Shown piece after piece: positions 9,401 through 19,764 of a stretch of 20,000 nt of DNA. The stretch's first letter is position 1. Each line of letters starts with the position of its first letter. The notes beneath the pieces are model-generated. The model was not told where the DNA came from, searched no databases, and saw nothing but the letters and a program-made list of their open reading frames with translations. The translations under genes and the position numbers were made by a program. This stretch comes from Pachysolen tannophilus NRRL Y-2460 (lineage: Eukaryota), in assembly GCA_001661245.1 (NCBI GenBank), contig KV454012.1:1517078-1537077 (forward strand). The letters are read 5' to 3'.

Positions 9401-10372
9401 CTTGGAGCCGATATAACTTTTACTGATTTAGATAGAGGCATTGAAAACTATCTTAAGAAATTGGACTTTGATGTTTTCATGGATAGCTTAAGCTCTTTAC
9501 TTGCTTCGTTCAGTGAAATTGAACAAAATTTTGATATTTATGTTTCTTTACTCAGCATTTTTCTCAAAAATATTCATTTCTTCAAAGCTAAAGATGTTAA
9601 CACCAGATCACAAAAACTTTTAACTTCAGCATTATCAACAGTTTCAACTTATCATGATAAATTGATGGCACAGGATGATGACCAGGATTCAAAAGCAATT
9701 TTAATCGTTTTGAACATGTTGAAATCAGTTTTAGTGGATATTAATTGGGCTTTAACCCAATATTCATTTGAATTAATAATGTCCTTAGTAACCAAGACTA
9801 TATATTCATTACAACTGAATTTGCAAATTCCAAATTCTACGGCAATTTATGTGTTGTCAACACAGGTTGTTTCTAACGCATTATTATTTCATAGATTTAG
9901 GCTTTCAGGCCGTCATCATTTGATTACTTCTACATTTGTGCCTTTAATGGAGTGTTTATTCATTAAAAACAATAAAAAAGTTTTCAATGAGTCAATGAAC
10001 AGTAATAAAGGTGCAATTTTCAAGTCCATAGACTGTGCAACATCATTTCAGAGAATCTTAAGTAATTTATGTGAACCACCCAATAACTTACAGAATAACT
10101 CAGCTCAATTGAACAGTTCCTCTTCATTGATAAAAAAATCACTCAGAAAACATTTACCAGTATTGCTAATAAATTATGTAAACTTTCAATCCAAGTACAA
10201 GATGGATAATAAAATCAGAGAAGAAGTAGCAAATGGTATAACTGTAATCTTTGACGTTTTATCACAAGATGAGTTAATTGTCATTAGTGCTTCCTTGGAT
10301 TTCCTGGGACGAACCTATTTCAGAAACTTGTACGATGACTATAAAAAGTTTGGCAAATGGAGAGATGACTAG
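6484..10372 (+). CDS. URB2: Nucleolar pre-60S ribosome biogenesis protein Urb2/Npa2; spliced, exon 1 6484-6504, exon 2 ~6605-10372
   Basis: C-terminal Urb2 domain (HRFRLSGRHHL...LSNLCEP...LRKHLPVLL...IFDVLS...LYDDYKKFGKW) and N-terminal STAEGLTRFLRSK. The long ORF has no early ATG, but the exon ATG AGT TCC AAG AAT GGT ATG splices to it in frame. Confidence 0.9.
6505..6604 (+). other. Spliceosomal intron of URB2 (phase 0, ~94-100 nt)
   Basis: Donor GTAAGT at 6505, T-rich body, branch point TGCTAAC at 6580-6586, and acceptors AAG (6598), AAG (6601) or CAG (6604), all in frame. Confidence 0.85.
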
Positions 10373-10485
10373 ATTTATCTAGCTGTATATAGGCCATTAA
10401 ACCAATGTTATATCGTTAGTTGTATAGTTGTATATTTTTAATTTATTAATGGTGTTTCTATCACTTTTACAGTCTTTTATGCGTA

Positions 10486-10497
10486 GGAAATTTTTCA
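10486..10497. promoter_or_regulatory. RRPE-like element plus poly(dT) tract upstream of CNS1
   Basis: GAAATTTTTCA (reverse complement TGAAAAATTTC), followed by a long T-run at 10502-10520. Confidence 0.45.
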
Positions 10498-10637
10498 TGT
10501 ATTTTTTTTTTTTTTTTTTTCAATAATTTTCACATTCTTTGAGTTGATCGATGACTTGACCAAAAACTATAATTCATAAATTGAAATAATATCTAATTTT
10601 AACTATAACTAACTCAAAGACGATTTTATTGTAGATT

Positions 10638-11822
10638 ATGGGGAAAATAGAGGAAGTTCATGATGAGGAACCAACTAAAGATCAACTAATAGATGAAGCT
10701 ATAAGTGAATGGGAAAGGAAAAGGTATGTCCCAAAGCTGGGGGAACCAGATTTACCACCTCAATTGCGCAAAATGGCGAACAAAAGTGTTGATGATTACA
10801 TGAAAGAATTCAATAAAATGCCTTTCTTTATGACTCAGTTGGAGGATGATGATGGAGAGAATACACAGTTGGAAGCGTTGAAAGCATTAGCGTACGAAGG
10901 TGAGCCTCGTGAAATTGCAACGAATTTTAAAAATCAAGGGAATGATTGTTATAAGGTAAAAAGGTATAAAGATGCTATTGAATATTATAATAAGGCAATA
11001 GGAGTGGACTGTGGAGATGAAAAGATTGAACTGGCACTATATTTGAATAGAGCTGCTTGTAACTTGGAATTGAAAAATTATAGAAGATGTATTGATGATT
11101 GTAAAATGTGTTTGAAAATAGAACCTAATAATGTTAAAGCATGTTTCCGATCAGCAAAAGCTTTTTTCGCAATAGGAAAGTTAGAAGAGGCTTCTCTGGT
11201 CCTGGAGTATGCACTAGGGATAGATCCAGAAAATGCAGCAGTTAAAAGTGTGATGGTGCAGGTTGCTGATAAAAAGCTGAAATTGAAAGAATTAGAAGAA
11301 AAGAAACAAAGAGAATTAGAAGAGAAAAAATTCATTCAAGATACATTAGAAACTGCAATTCAAATAAGAGGAATGAAAATAATTAGATCTTCTAAACCTC
11401 CTGAAATCTTAGAAAATTCTGTTTTGAGATTAGAAGATTCAAAAGATCCAAATGCACAATTAATTTTTCCTGCAATGATCTTATATCCAACAACTGATGA
11501 ATTTGACTTTGTTGCGGAAGTGAGTGAACTAACAACAGTGAGGGAATTAATGGAGTTGGTTATGGATCGACCAGAAGAGTATTTTAAGGATCCAAAACAT
11601 GAGAACTTTGTTCCTAAGAAATTAGAGGCTTACATGGAAACTGAAAGAGGAGGCTTGATTAAAATAGGCAAAAAGATTCCTATCAATAATGCATTGATGG
11701 CACAGAATGTTAAAGTTCCTTTGTTTGATAATTCTTTAAGAATTTATTTTGTTCCTAAAGTAGATTCAGCGAACTGGTTGAAAACATGGGATGAACAGAA
11801 GGCTTTGAATAGACGAAGCTAA
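10638..11822 (+). CDS. CNS1: Hsp90/Hsp70 TPR co-chaperone Cns1 (TTC4 family)
   Basis: LPPQL, PFFMT, LEALKALAYEGEP, TPR motifs (NFKNQGNDCY, NRAACNLELKNYRRCI) and C-terminal wheel domain (YPTTDEFDFV, METERGGLIK). Confidence 0.95.
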   Translation: MGKIEEVHDEEPTKDQLIDEAISEWERKRYVPKLGEPDLPPQLRKMANKSVDDYMKEFNKMPFFMTQLEDDDGENTQLEALKALAYEGEPREIATNFKNQGNDCYKVKRYKDAIEYYNKAIGVDCGDEKIELALYLNRAACNLELKNYRRCIDDCKMCLKIEPNNVKACFRSAKAFFAIGKLEEASLVLEYALGIDPENAAVKSVMVQVADKKLKLKELEEKKQRELEEKKFIQDTLETAIQIRGMKIIRSSKPPEILENSVLRLEDSKDPNAQLIFPAMILYPTTDEFDFVAEVSELTTVRELMELVMDRPEEYFKDPKHENFVPKKLEAYMETERGGLIKIGKKIPINNALMAQNVKVPLFDNSLRIYFVPKVDSANWLKTWDEQKALNRRS

Positions 11823-12024
11823 CTCATTTATGATGAATACAAAACATCAACGTTAACAAACTTATTTATAGACTTTTAATTTTGCGATTGATTAATTACA
11901 AACTAAATACATGAGCAGTACAAAACAATGTTCAGTTAAAATAGATAATCTCTGGTAATATATTCAAGAAAAAAAAAAAAAAAATGCTAATAACCGTAAT
12001 TAAGAATTTTTAAAAATAAAATAC

Positions 12025-15000
12025 TTATTGAAGTCTCCAGCCCATTTTTTTGGAATAGTCTTCAATTTCTTGCTGATTTAGCATATCTTGAACTCCCCAT
12101 TGAGCAGAAGAAGACCTTGCTCTAAATTTTGATAGTCTTGAATTTTTGAAAATTTCTTCCATGTTTAAAGGAGCAACTGGACCAAATATACTATCCGGAT
12201 TAATATTTTGCTGATTTAAAAGCAGTTGTTTCAAACCTGGTGAATTAGCCCAACTTTTTAATACGGTTCCCTCTTCATCATCTTCTGATTCAGAATATAT
12301 CTCAGGCAACAGTATAGGTGATTTTGAAGGAGTAGTCGAACTAGCGATGACTCGACGAGATGCTGGGGTAGTTGAGGTTATGTTCATAGGTTTAGAAACT
12401 ATATCGTTATTAAACTTGATTTTTTCAGAAGAAAATTTGATGGCGTCAACTTGTGGAATACTTGATGTTTGGTTCAATCTGGCATGTTGTAACATTGCAG
12501 TTTTCATTAAAGTTTGCGGCTGTTGTATATTTTTCTGCTGATATGAAGCGCCCACAGCAGTCTGTTCTTTTCTAGCCCCAGACACCCTGGTAGCCTTTTG
12601 CCCTAGTCCTTTGCCTTCTTCTGTTTTTAAACGTTTGACTGATGATTCATGCAGAGAGTTATTCTCTGCAGTAGTAAGTTGCAGATCATGGTGATGATAA
12701 TCTATGACTTGCTGTTTTCGTTTGAGCGAGTTGTTTATTGATGACTGACGATTGGCATGTTCCGATGATTTCATCGATTTTTCTCTCAGTCGATTTAAAG
12801 GCTGCTTCAATTGTTCATCAATTGAAATCATTTTGTGAGGATTTGACAACCTTTGTCTTCTTAATTCTTCAAGTCTTTGTCTTTCTTCTGCCATTTTTTT
12901 ATTGATTCTATAATGTGGAGCTATAGATGTTGTAGTACTAGTTTTTGATGCATGCTTGTTTAATGATGAAGAAGTTAATGATTCTTTAGCTTTAAATTTG
13001 TTTTTACTCAAGTCCATTCCAGAAGAAGATTTCCTTAAAGGCAATACAAGCTTTGACGGTACATCATTCTCTGTTAAATGCACTACATTTGCTTTCTTGA
13101 CAGAGTCTAATTCCATATTTGGTGACTTTGAACTAGTGGTTCTTCTCAGAGATGTTGATGCTGTCGATAACGTTGATGAAACAGTGAAAACAGGTTGTTT
13201 TGGAATCGGTCTCAAATTTGTATTCAAAGGGTTCAATGTGACAGCAGTCCTTGATTCTGTGTATTTTTTAGTTAATGGACTTTCTTCTTGAAAGTTATCA
13301 TTACGAGAACTCTGGTGACGAACCGTGGATTTTTTCACATTTCTTGCAGCACTAGACTCGGTATCAGCAGTCAACCTAGTTAATAGATTACCTCTTGAAG
13401 TACTTCTTTGAATTGAGTTAGCAGTAGGTGGTCTCAAGATTGGCTTGGGAGGAACTTGATCAGACTTATTTGAGCTTTCCTTTATATCAACTTTTTGTTT
13501 CTTTGGGGAATATATCAAGTTCTTGGCACGCTTAATAGCATTTGCAAATATGCTATTTAAAGCTCCACTTTTTGCTGGTGATATGCTGTTCTGCAATTCG
13601 ATCTTACTAGAATCTGATTGAGGCTTACTTGAAAAAGAATCTATAGGACTCTTTGATGGTGATTTCGCTACCCAGTCGTTATCTGAATTCTGCCTCAGAA
13701 CTCTGAAAGGAGATGATTCATCTTTATGCTCTTTTGAAATTGTGTTTGAAAGTGATTTCAAAGTTGTCGTATTTTTATGTAATTGTGGATATAATGATTT
13801 TGGTTTAAGTGATTGTGGTGATATTTTAGGTGAATCAGATTTAGCAGCTACTAATTTGGGAGCCAATTCTATTTTAGCACTGGTATCTAATTTTACCAAT
13901 TTTTCAATTTCTCGAGTTCTAGAAGTGTTAGAAGAACTTTTTGTACTTGACTTAACTGTCAAAGGTTCTTTTGATGGTAAAGATGCAAAACCAGAAAATT
14001 TTTCGGTAATAGGAGTAATCGAAGGTAATTTTTTTGAGCCATTTCCTTCAATATCTAAATTTTTATCTTCTTTGTTATATAAATCTGCTGAATTGGTTTT
14101 AGGATAATTTGTAATAACTGAAGGACCACTTTCTGGTTCATGGACAACTGTAAACGAATCTGTATTGGAATTCCCATTAGTCTGTTTAAATTTTATTGTC
14201 TTGGTGATGGCTTGGAAAGATTCATCCATGGAAGTATCATACACCGGATGATTTGCATGGTCATTATCATTATTATTATTACAGTCATTGTCATTGTTAT
14301 CGTTGTGGTTGTAGTTATTTTCCAGTTCTGGCGCTGTGATATTTTTATGATTTTCCTTTGGAGGAATATAGGAGATGGGTTCAAAATTTTCTGCTTTACG
14401 CAATAGAACTGAATCATCCGATGGTGAGTGTCCATTTTGAAAATTGAGTTGAATTGTGGGTTGATTTTGCTTGATATTTTCAAATGATTTTTCAATCTGA
14501 ATTGATGTATTAATATCAGAAAAAGTTGATCTTCTTTTCCCATTTACAGAAGTTGCAGTAGATAATTCCTTGGTAATACGAGGATTTGGACTTTGATTTT
14601 TCTGTTTCCTTATATTTTCATCTCTAGTAGTTTCTTTTGGAGGTGAAATAGAAATTTCTTTATTTAGAGGGGCCAATTTTGGAATGAGTAAATCATTATT
14701 CTCATGTTCAAGAATTTTAGTTGATTTCGGTATTATTTTTTCGACTTGATCAATGATTCTTTGTCTTTCCAATCTCTTTTTATCATTTGTTAAATCTTGG
14801 TCTATATCTTTATCGTCTTTACTTATTGTGAAAATAGGTGTTGGAGGCTTTTCAATATTGATATTTATCTTTGTAGGTGATGATTTCATGTTTGTCTTAT
14901 TGATATTATCTGTAATATCTTTCAATGGCGATTTTGACTCTTTTATAGCTTCATTCCGTATTTTTCTAACCGGTGAATCTTTTGTGTTCAATCTTTTGGG

Positions 15001-15234
15001 AGATTTTAACAATAATAAAACACTCGCAGATTCATCCGAATTGACAACTTCATTCATCTGCTCATTTAACCAGGCCAATTCCGCAGAAACAGAAAACGCA
15101 AACTGCTTCGAATGATGGGCAACCATCGTGTTGGCAACGTTCATCTCGCTCACCACCCATTTCGAAGTACCGGGTACCACATTGTTTGGTTTCTTTGATG
15201 CTGTTAGTCCCCAGAAATTGGAAGTATTTAACAT
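12025..15234 (-). CDS. SLI15: Inner centromere protein INCENP/Sli15 (chromosomal passenger complex)
   Basis: C-terminal IN-box (LPEIYSESEDD...WANSPGL...NPDSIFGP...EEIF...FRARSSSAQW), N-terminal PGTSKW...ELAWLNEQM, and a long S/T/P/K-rich disordered middle with many SP sites. It is convergent with CNS1, as in S. cerevisiae. Confidence 0.9.
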   Translation of the reverse strand: MLNTSNFWGLTASKKPNNVVPGTSKWVVSEMNVANTMVAHHSKQFAFSVSAELAWLNEQMNEVVNSDESASVLLLLKSPKRLNTKDSPVRKIRNEAIKESKSPLKDITDNINKTNMKSSPTKININIEKPPTPIFTISKDDKDIDQDLTNDKKRLERQRIIDQVEKIIPKSTKILEHENNDLLIPKLAPLNKEISISPPKETTRDENIRKQKNQSPNPRITKELSTATSVNGKRRSTFSDINTSIQIEKSFENIKQNQPTIQLNFQNGHSPSDDSVLLRKAENFEPISYIPPKENHKNITAPELENNYNHNDNNDNDCNNNNDNDHANHPVYDTSMDESFQAITKTIKFKQTNGNSNTDSFTVVHEPESGPSVITNYPKTNSADLYNKEDKNLDIEGNGSKKLPSITPITEKFSGFASLPSKEPLTVKSSTKSSSNTSRTREIEKLVKLDTSAKIELAPKLVAAKSDSPKISPQSLKPKSLYPQLHKNTTTLKSLSNTISKEHKDESSPFRVLRQNSDNDWVAKSPSKSPIDSFSSKPQSDSSKIELQNSISPAKSGALNSIFANAIKRAKNLIYSPKKQKVDIKESSNKSDQVPPKPILRPPTANSIQRSTSRGNLLTRLTADTESSAARNVKKSTVRHQSSRNDNFQEESPLTKKYTESRTAVTLNPLNTNLRPIPKQPVFTVSSTLSTASTSLRRTTSSKSPNMELDSVKKANVVHLTENDVPSKLVLPLRKSSSGMDLSKNKFKAKESLTSSSLNKHASKTSTTTSIAPHYRINKKMAEERQRLEELRRQRLSNPHKMISIDEQLKQPLNRLREKSMKSSEHANRQSSINNSLKRKQQVIDYHHHDLQLTTAENNSLHESSVKRLKTEEGKGLGQKATRVSGARKEQTAVGASYQQKNIQQPQTLMKTAMLQHARLNQTSSIPQVDAIKFSSEKIKFNNDIVSKPMNITSTTPASRRVIASSTTPSKSPILLPEIYSESEDDEEGTVLKSWANSPGLKQLLLNQQNINPDSIFGPVAPLNMEEIFKNSRLSKFRARSSSAQWGVQDMLNQQEIEDYSKKMGWRLQ

Positions 15235-15407
15235 TCCCCTTGATTTATTATAATAAATGTGATTTCCTACTTGAATTCTATCGGCGGTTAACTCTTATCC
15301 TAACAAGCACATAAATAGATTAAATATATATATATTTATACATATATATATATATATATATCAACAGCGGTAAACTTGACATCATTTTGGCGGCACCTCT
15401 TCTTCTT

Positions 15408-15433
15408 TTGTTTACAAAATCTTGTTTGTTTAC
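15408..15433 (-). promoter_or_regulatory. Two forkhead-type sites (GTAAACAA) upstream of SLI15
   Basis: TTGTTTAC at 15408-15415 and 15426-15433, matching the Fkh1/2-Hcm1 consensus; plausible for a mitotic gene. Confidence 0.4.
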
Positions 15434-15784
15434 TAATTTCCGATTGGGGAATATTTGTTAGTAGGAACACTACTTTAGTAGTTCTTCTTCCTTTTTTTTT
15501 GTTTCCTTTTTTGGAATTTTGTGGTATTTGACGAACGACTTTAATTGTGTAAAGTGGTGTGTGTGGTGCAAATGGTGTAAGGTGTCTGTAGCTGGTGAAA
15601 AAACAAAAAAACACCAACAGAAAAAAGCGACCCCCAAAGAGGAATCTCTCTAAAAAGATGTATATGTATTATGTATATGTATATATGGAAGAATTCATAG
15701 GTCTGAGAAAGACAAGGAAGCTAGTTCTAGGGAAAGTGGAAAGTAAAGGTGTGATTTGAGAAGATATAGGAAAGGATATAAGAG

Positions 15785-18700
15785 ATGGATTCTGTGAATC
15801 TGGTTGTTGTTTACAAGTCTTTGAGGAATAACCTTGTAAATTTACCTTCATCGTTAGTGTCCATGATATTTGGAGCAGATATCAATGTTCAAGATGTTAT
15901 TTGTGAGTTTGTTTGGGAAGGCAAAAGGAATTCGTTTAATTATGGTTATTGTGGCTGGTCTGGGTATACTTCGAGAGTTTCAGCTCTGATGACAAATGTT
16001 AATAAGGAGTATGTGGAGATTGACCCAATTTTTGCATCATCATTAGGATTACAAGACTCTAGTGAGATTACACTCAATCTTAAATTCAATAACTATAGTG
16101 TTGCTTCTACAGTTGAGCTTGAGCCTGTTTCTTCGTTTGATTGGGAATTGGTTGAATTAAACGCTGGAGTGTTGGAAAATAATTTATTATTTCAAACGAG
16201 GTGTATCTTTGAAAATCAATCTATTATAGTTTATCCAAGTTCTACAACAAGTGCAAAATTAAAAGTTTTAAATTTTAACCCAAAGACTATGGGATCACAG
16301 GGAAACTACAAAAAATCACCAGCTTATGCAAAGATTGGAGATAATACAGAATTTCATATAAAACCAAAAATTAATAAGAAAAATGAAGAGGATAAAAAAA
16401 AATCAACAAGGAAAAGTAATGGTAGCATCAAGTCTAAACTGTCGCAACATGAAATTGTGCCGAATGTATTGTTTAGAGGTATTTCAATGCCTCATGAACT
16501 TTTCAATATAAATGATCCCTTGCACACTGAAAATAAATTTGAAGTTTATGTGAATTTTGATGAATGTATCAGTAAACTACAATGTGCCAAATATGTGTAT
16601 GTTTCGGTGATACCTGGACCAGGGATTAGTCCTAAAACTGGATGGTTGAAAAACTCCAACTCAAATGATACTGGTGACATTAACACCAGCAGCAGTGGCA
16701 ACAACGCCAGCAACAACAACAGCACCAATCATAATGCCGAACTCCCAGTAAAAGAGTCTTCTAAAGTAGTTGCCAAATTGGTACACTATCTGAATGCTCC
16801 TGATTGTCATGTGGGTTTATCAAAAATTTTATCCATTTCATTAGGTCTAGAAGGTTCAATTGGTAATCTTATAAAACTTGAATCTGCCACATCTCCTTTA
16901 ATATCGAAACCAAAAGAATTAATTATTCACCCATATATAACAAAAACAGAACCTTCAGTGAAATTACAAGGAATCGATATTCAAAAGGCTGGTGCACTTG
17001 ATAAGAAAAAGGATTTAAAAATTCAACAACAGAAATTAAATGAAAAATTAAACGAAATTTTAAAAGATTCAAAAATAATTGATTCTAATTGTTTAACAAA
17101 TTATTGTAAATTACCAATCTTAGATGATTTTGTGTTACCTTTTGGAGGAATCTTAGAATTTAAGAAGATTCGAGATGGTTGGTGCGAACCTTTAAATCTA
17201 AAAGAAGTCAAAATTGAGATCGGTGAAAACATTTTGAAAGCAGAGTCTTTAATTCCTGGAAAGTTAATATATAACCAGTCTCTGGACAAAGATTTGTTAA
17301 AAGAATATGAAGTGGTTGGTCAAGATAAGTTGATAAATTCAATTGTCAGGATATTGAAACGTGGAAATATTGGCGCATCAATATACGGGAACTCTGGCAG
17401 TGGTAAAACAGTGATAGCAAACACTGTTTCTGAAAACATGGCGAAATTGGGGTTTTATGTTAAGAGTATAAACTGCGAATCATTGGCCACTTTGAATCCA
17501 ACTAATTTGTTAAAAGCATTTGAAGATGTTATAAAAGAAATTAGTTGGTCTTCACCATCTTTGTTGATATTAGAAAATTGTGATTCGATCATGCCACAAG
17601 AATTGGAACATTCTGATAATTCACAAACAAAACAATTATCAGAGTTTTTAAATACTCAATTTTTGGACAAAGTTATGAAAAGGCGGAAAGTCAGTTTATT
17701 GTTAACATCAAAATCGAAAAATAGTATAAATTCGTTACTTCTTTCCTCACATTTGATTGAAGAAGATTTCAACTTGAAATCTCCAGATCAAGAATTGAGA
17801 AAAAAAATTTTGGAATATTATTTAATTAAATTAGATTTGAAGGTTGCTCATAAAGAAATGATTAATGATGTTTCAGTTGACACCGAGGGTTATTTACCTG
17901 GAGATTTGAAAATTTTTATTGATAGAGCTTATCATGATTTAATTTCTGAAATTATTGAAACAGAACAAGATCAACAACATGAACAGGAGAAGTTGCCTTT
18001 AAAAATTAAAAAATCAAATTTTTCAAAAGCTTTAGAAGGTTTTACTCCTTCATCCTTACGTGGTGCCAAATTACTGAAATCTACGGTAAACTGGAATGAA
18101 ATTGGTGGTTTAAGAAAAGCAAAACAATTACTTTCAGAAACATTAGAATGGCCAACAAAGTATGCTCCTATATTTGCTAATTGTCCCTTAAGATTGAGAT
18201 CTGGTATTTTGTTATATGGATATCCAGGTTGTGGTAAAACGTTATTGGCTTCTGCTATTTCTTCACAATGTGGGCTAAATTTCATTTCCATCAAGGGTCC
18301 AGAAATATTGAACAAATACATTGGTGCTTCTGAACAATCTGTCAGAGAATTATTTGAAAGGGCATCGCTGGCTAAACCTTGTATATTATTTTTTGATGAA
18401 TTTGACTCTATTGCTCCCAAGAGAGGCCATGATTCTACTGGAGTAACTGATAGAGTTGTTAATCAAATGCTTACCCAAATGGATGGTGCAGAAGGTTTAG
18501 ACGGGGTGTACGTCTTGGCAGCAACAAGTAGACCAGATCTCATTGATAGTGCATTGTTGAGACCTGGTAGATTGGATAAAAGTGTCTTGTGTGGATTACC
18601 TGACTTGGAGGATAGATTAGATATTTTAAGTTGTATCACTTCAAAGATGGTTATAGATAAGAGTGTTGATTTGAATGTGATTGCTGATCTGACCTCTGGT

Positions 18701-19210
18701 TATTCTGGGGCAGATTTACAAGCAGTAGGTTATAATGCATATTTAACTGCTGTTCATGAGAAATTAGAAAATGATGAAAAGTTGATTATTGAAGTTCAAA
18801 AAGAATTAAATTTTTCAGGTAATAATAAGAATAAGAATTTAGAATTTTTCCAAATTGGTAAAGGTAAAAATTTCAAATCTTCATTACAAGATTTAAAACC
18901 ACTGGAAAAATTAGTTATAGCCAAACAATTGGAACATATTTTTTCTAATTTATCGATAGATAGACAAGAAGATGAAATGTCCCAAAATAGTTTAATAAGT
19001 TCTAACGGTCAAGATAAAAATAATGGTGTAATTTTAAAACAAGAACACCTTTTAAAATCGTTAAAAGATACAAAGAAATCAATTTCTGAAAATGAACTGC
19101 TCAAGTTGTCCAAGATTTATAATCAATTCTTAAGTCCAAATGAAAGAGATGGTAAGATGCCTGATGGACTTGCAAGCACTGATATTGGAGGTAGAACTAG
19201 TTTAATGTAA
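15785..19210 (+). CDS. PEX1: Peroxisomal AAA+ ATPase Pex1
   Basis: N-terminal NNLVNLP and LEPVSSFDWELVE; D1 Walker A GNSGSGKT with degenerate Walker B; D2 GYPGCGKT, FFDEFDSIAPKRGHDSTGVTDRVVNQ and ALLRPGRLD; C-terminal IGGRTSLM. Confidence 0.97.
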   Translation: MDSVNLVVVYKSLRNNLVNLPSSLVSMIFGADINVQDVICEFVWEGKRNSFNYGYCGWSGYTSRVSALMTNVNKEYVEIDPIFASSLGLQDSSEITLNLKFNNYSVASTVELEPVSSFDWELVELNAGVLENNLLFQTRCIFENQSIIVYPSSTTSAKLKVLNFNPKTMGSQGNYKKSPAYAKIGDNTEFHIKPKINKKNEEDKKKSTRKSNGSIKSKLSQHEIVPNVLFRGISMPHELFNINDPLHTENKFEVYVNFDECISKLQCAKYVYVSVIPGPGISPKTGWLKNSNSNDTGDINTSSSGNNASNNNSTNHNAELPVKESSKVVAKLVHYLNAPDCHVGLSKILSISLGLEGSIGNLIKLESATSPLISKPKELIIHPYITKTEPSVKLQGIDIQKAGALDKKKDLKIQQQKLNEKLNEILKDSKIIDSNCLTNYCKLPILDDFVLPFGGILEFKKIRDGWCEPLNLKEVKIEIGENILKAESLIPGKLIYNQSLDKDLLKEYEVVGQDKLINSIVRILKRGNIGASIYGNSGSGKTVIANTVSENMAKLGFYVKSINCESLATLNPTNLLKAFEDVIKEISWSSPSLLILENCDSIMPQELEHSDNSQTKQLSEFLNTQFLDKVMKRRKVSLLLTSKSKNSINSLLLSSHLIEEDFNLKSPDQELRKKILEYYLIKLDLKVAHKEMINDVSVDTEGYLPGDLKIFIDRAYHDLISEIIETEQDQQHEQEKLPLKIKKSNFSKALEGFTPSSLRGAKLLKSTVNWNEIGGLRKAKQLLSETLEWPTKYAPIFANCPLRLRSGILLYGYPGCGKTLLASAISSQCGLNFISIKGPEILNKYIGASEQSVRELFERASLAKPCILFFDEFDSIAPKRGHDSTGVTDRVVNQMLTQMDGAEGLDGVYVLAATSRPDLIDSALLRPGRLDKSVLCGLPDLEDRLDILSCITSKMVIDKSVDLNVIADLTSGYSGADLQAVGYNAYLTAVHEKLENDEKLIIEVQKELNFSGNNKNKNLEFFQIGKGKNFKSSLQDLKPLEKLVIAKQLEHIFSNLSIDRQEDEMSQNSLISSNGQDKNNGVILKQEHLLKSLKDTKKSISENELLKLSKIYNQFLSPNERDGKMPDGLASTDIGGRTSLM

Positions 19211-19326
19211 TGACACGACTTTTAGTTTTCTCGAGTTGAGTAATAATAATAATAATAATAATATATATATTTATTTTATTTAGTTGAATTGTAGGATATC
19301 TTTGTCAATTAAAAAAAATAGATGAT

Positions 19327-19764
19327 ATGGCAATCCAGTATATATTAGTATTGAACAGACAGGGGAAAGTTAGGTTATCGAAATGGTTTAATAATTCAAT
19401 TTCAGAACAAGAAAAGTTTAAGATTAAAAATTCTATACATAGATTATTATCTTCAAGAGATAACAAACATCAATCGAATTTTGTTGAATTTGAGAAAAAA
19501 AAATTATGTTATAGAAGGTATGCTGGATTATATTTTATAATGTGTGTTGATCTATTAGATAATGAATTATATTATTTGGAGAGTATACATTTTTTCGTTG
19601 AAGTATTGGATTCATTTTTCAATAATGTATGCGAATTAGATTTAGTTTTCAATTTTTATAAAGTTTATGCAATAATGGATGAAGTATTTATGGCTGGAGA
19701 GATTGAAGAAATAAGTAAAGAAGTTATTTTGAATAGAGTGCTGTATCTTGAGAGATTGGATTAA
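19327..19764 (+). CDS. APS2: Clathrin adaptor AP-2 small (sigma) subunit
   Basis: [39 protein letters not shown] and [15 protein letters not shown], typical of sigma-2; 145 aa. Confidence 0.9.
   Translation: MAIQYILVLNRQGKVRLSKWFNNSISEQEKFKIKNSIHRLLSSRDNKHQSNFVEFEKKKLCYRRYAGLYFIMCVDLLDNELYYLESIHFFVEVLDSFFNNVCELDLVFNFYKVYAIMDEVFMAGEIEEISKEVILNRVLYLERLD

Noticed and set aside
10600..10637. ACTAAC...TAG upstream of CNS1 suggesting a 5' intron
   Set aside because: No canonical donor upstream, and the ORF is complete from the ATG at 10638.
17385..17590. Degenerate Walker B (ILENCD) in the first Pex1 AAA domain
   Set aside because: The Pex1 D1 ring is known to be degenerate; not novel.
792..18420. 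Short antisense or overlapping ORFs in the track (e.g. 792-1037, 4636-4899, 12956-13291, 17971-18420, 3669-3890, 15336-15617)
   Set aside because: These are shadows of real genes or low-complexity promoter DNA, mostly with non-ATG starts and no motifs.
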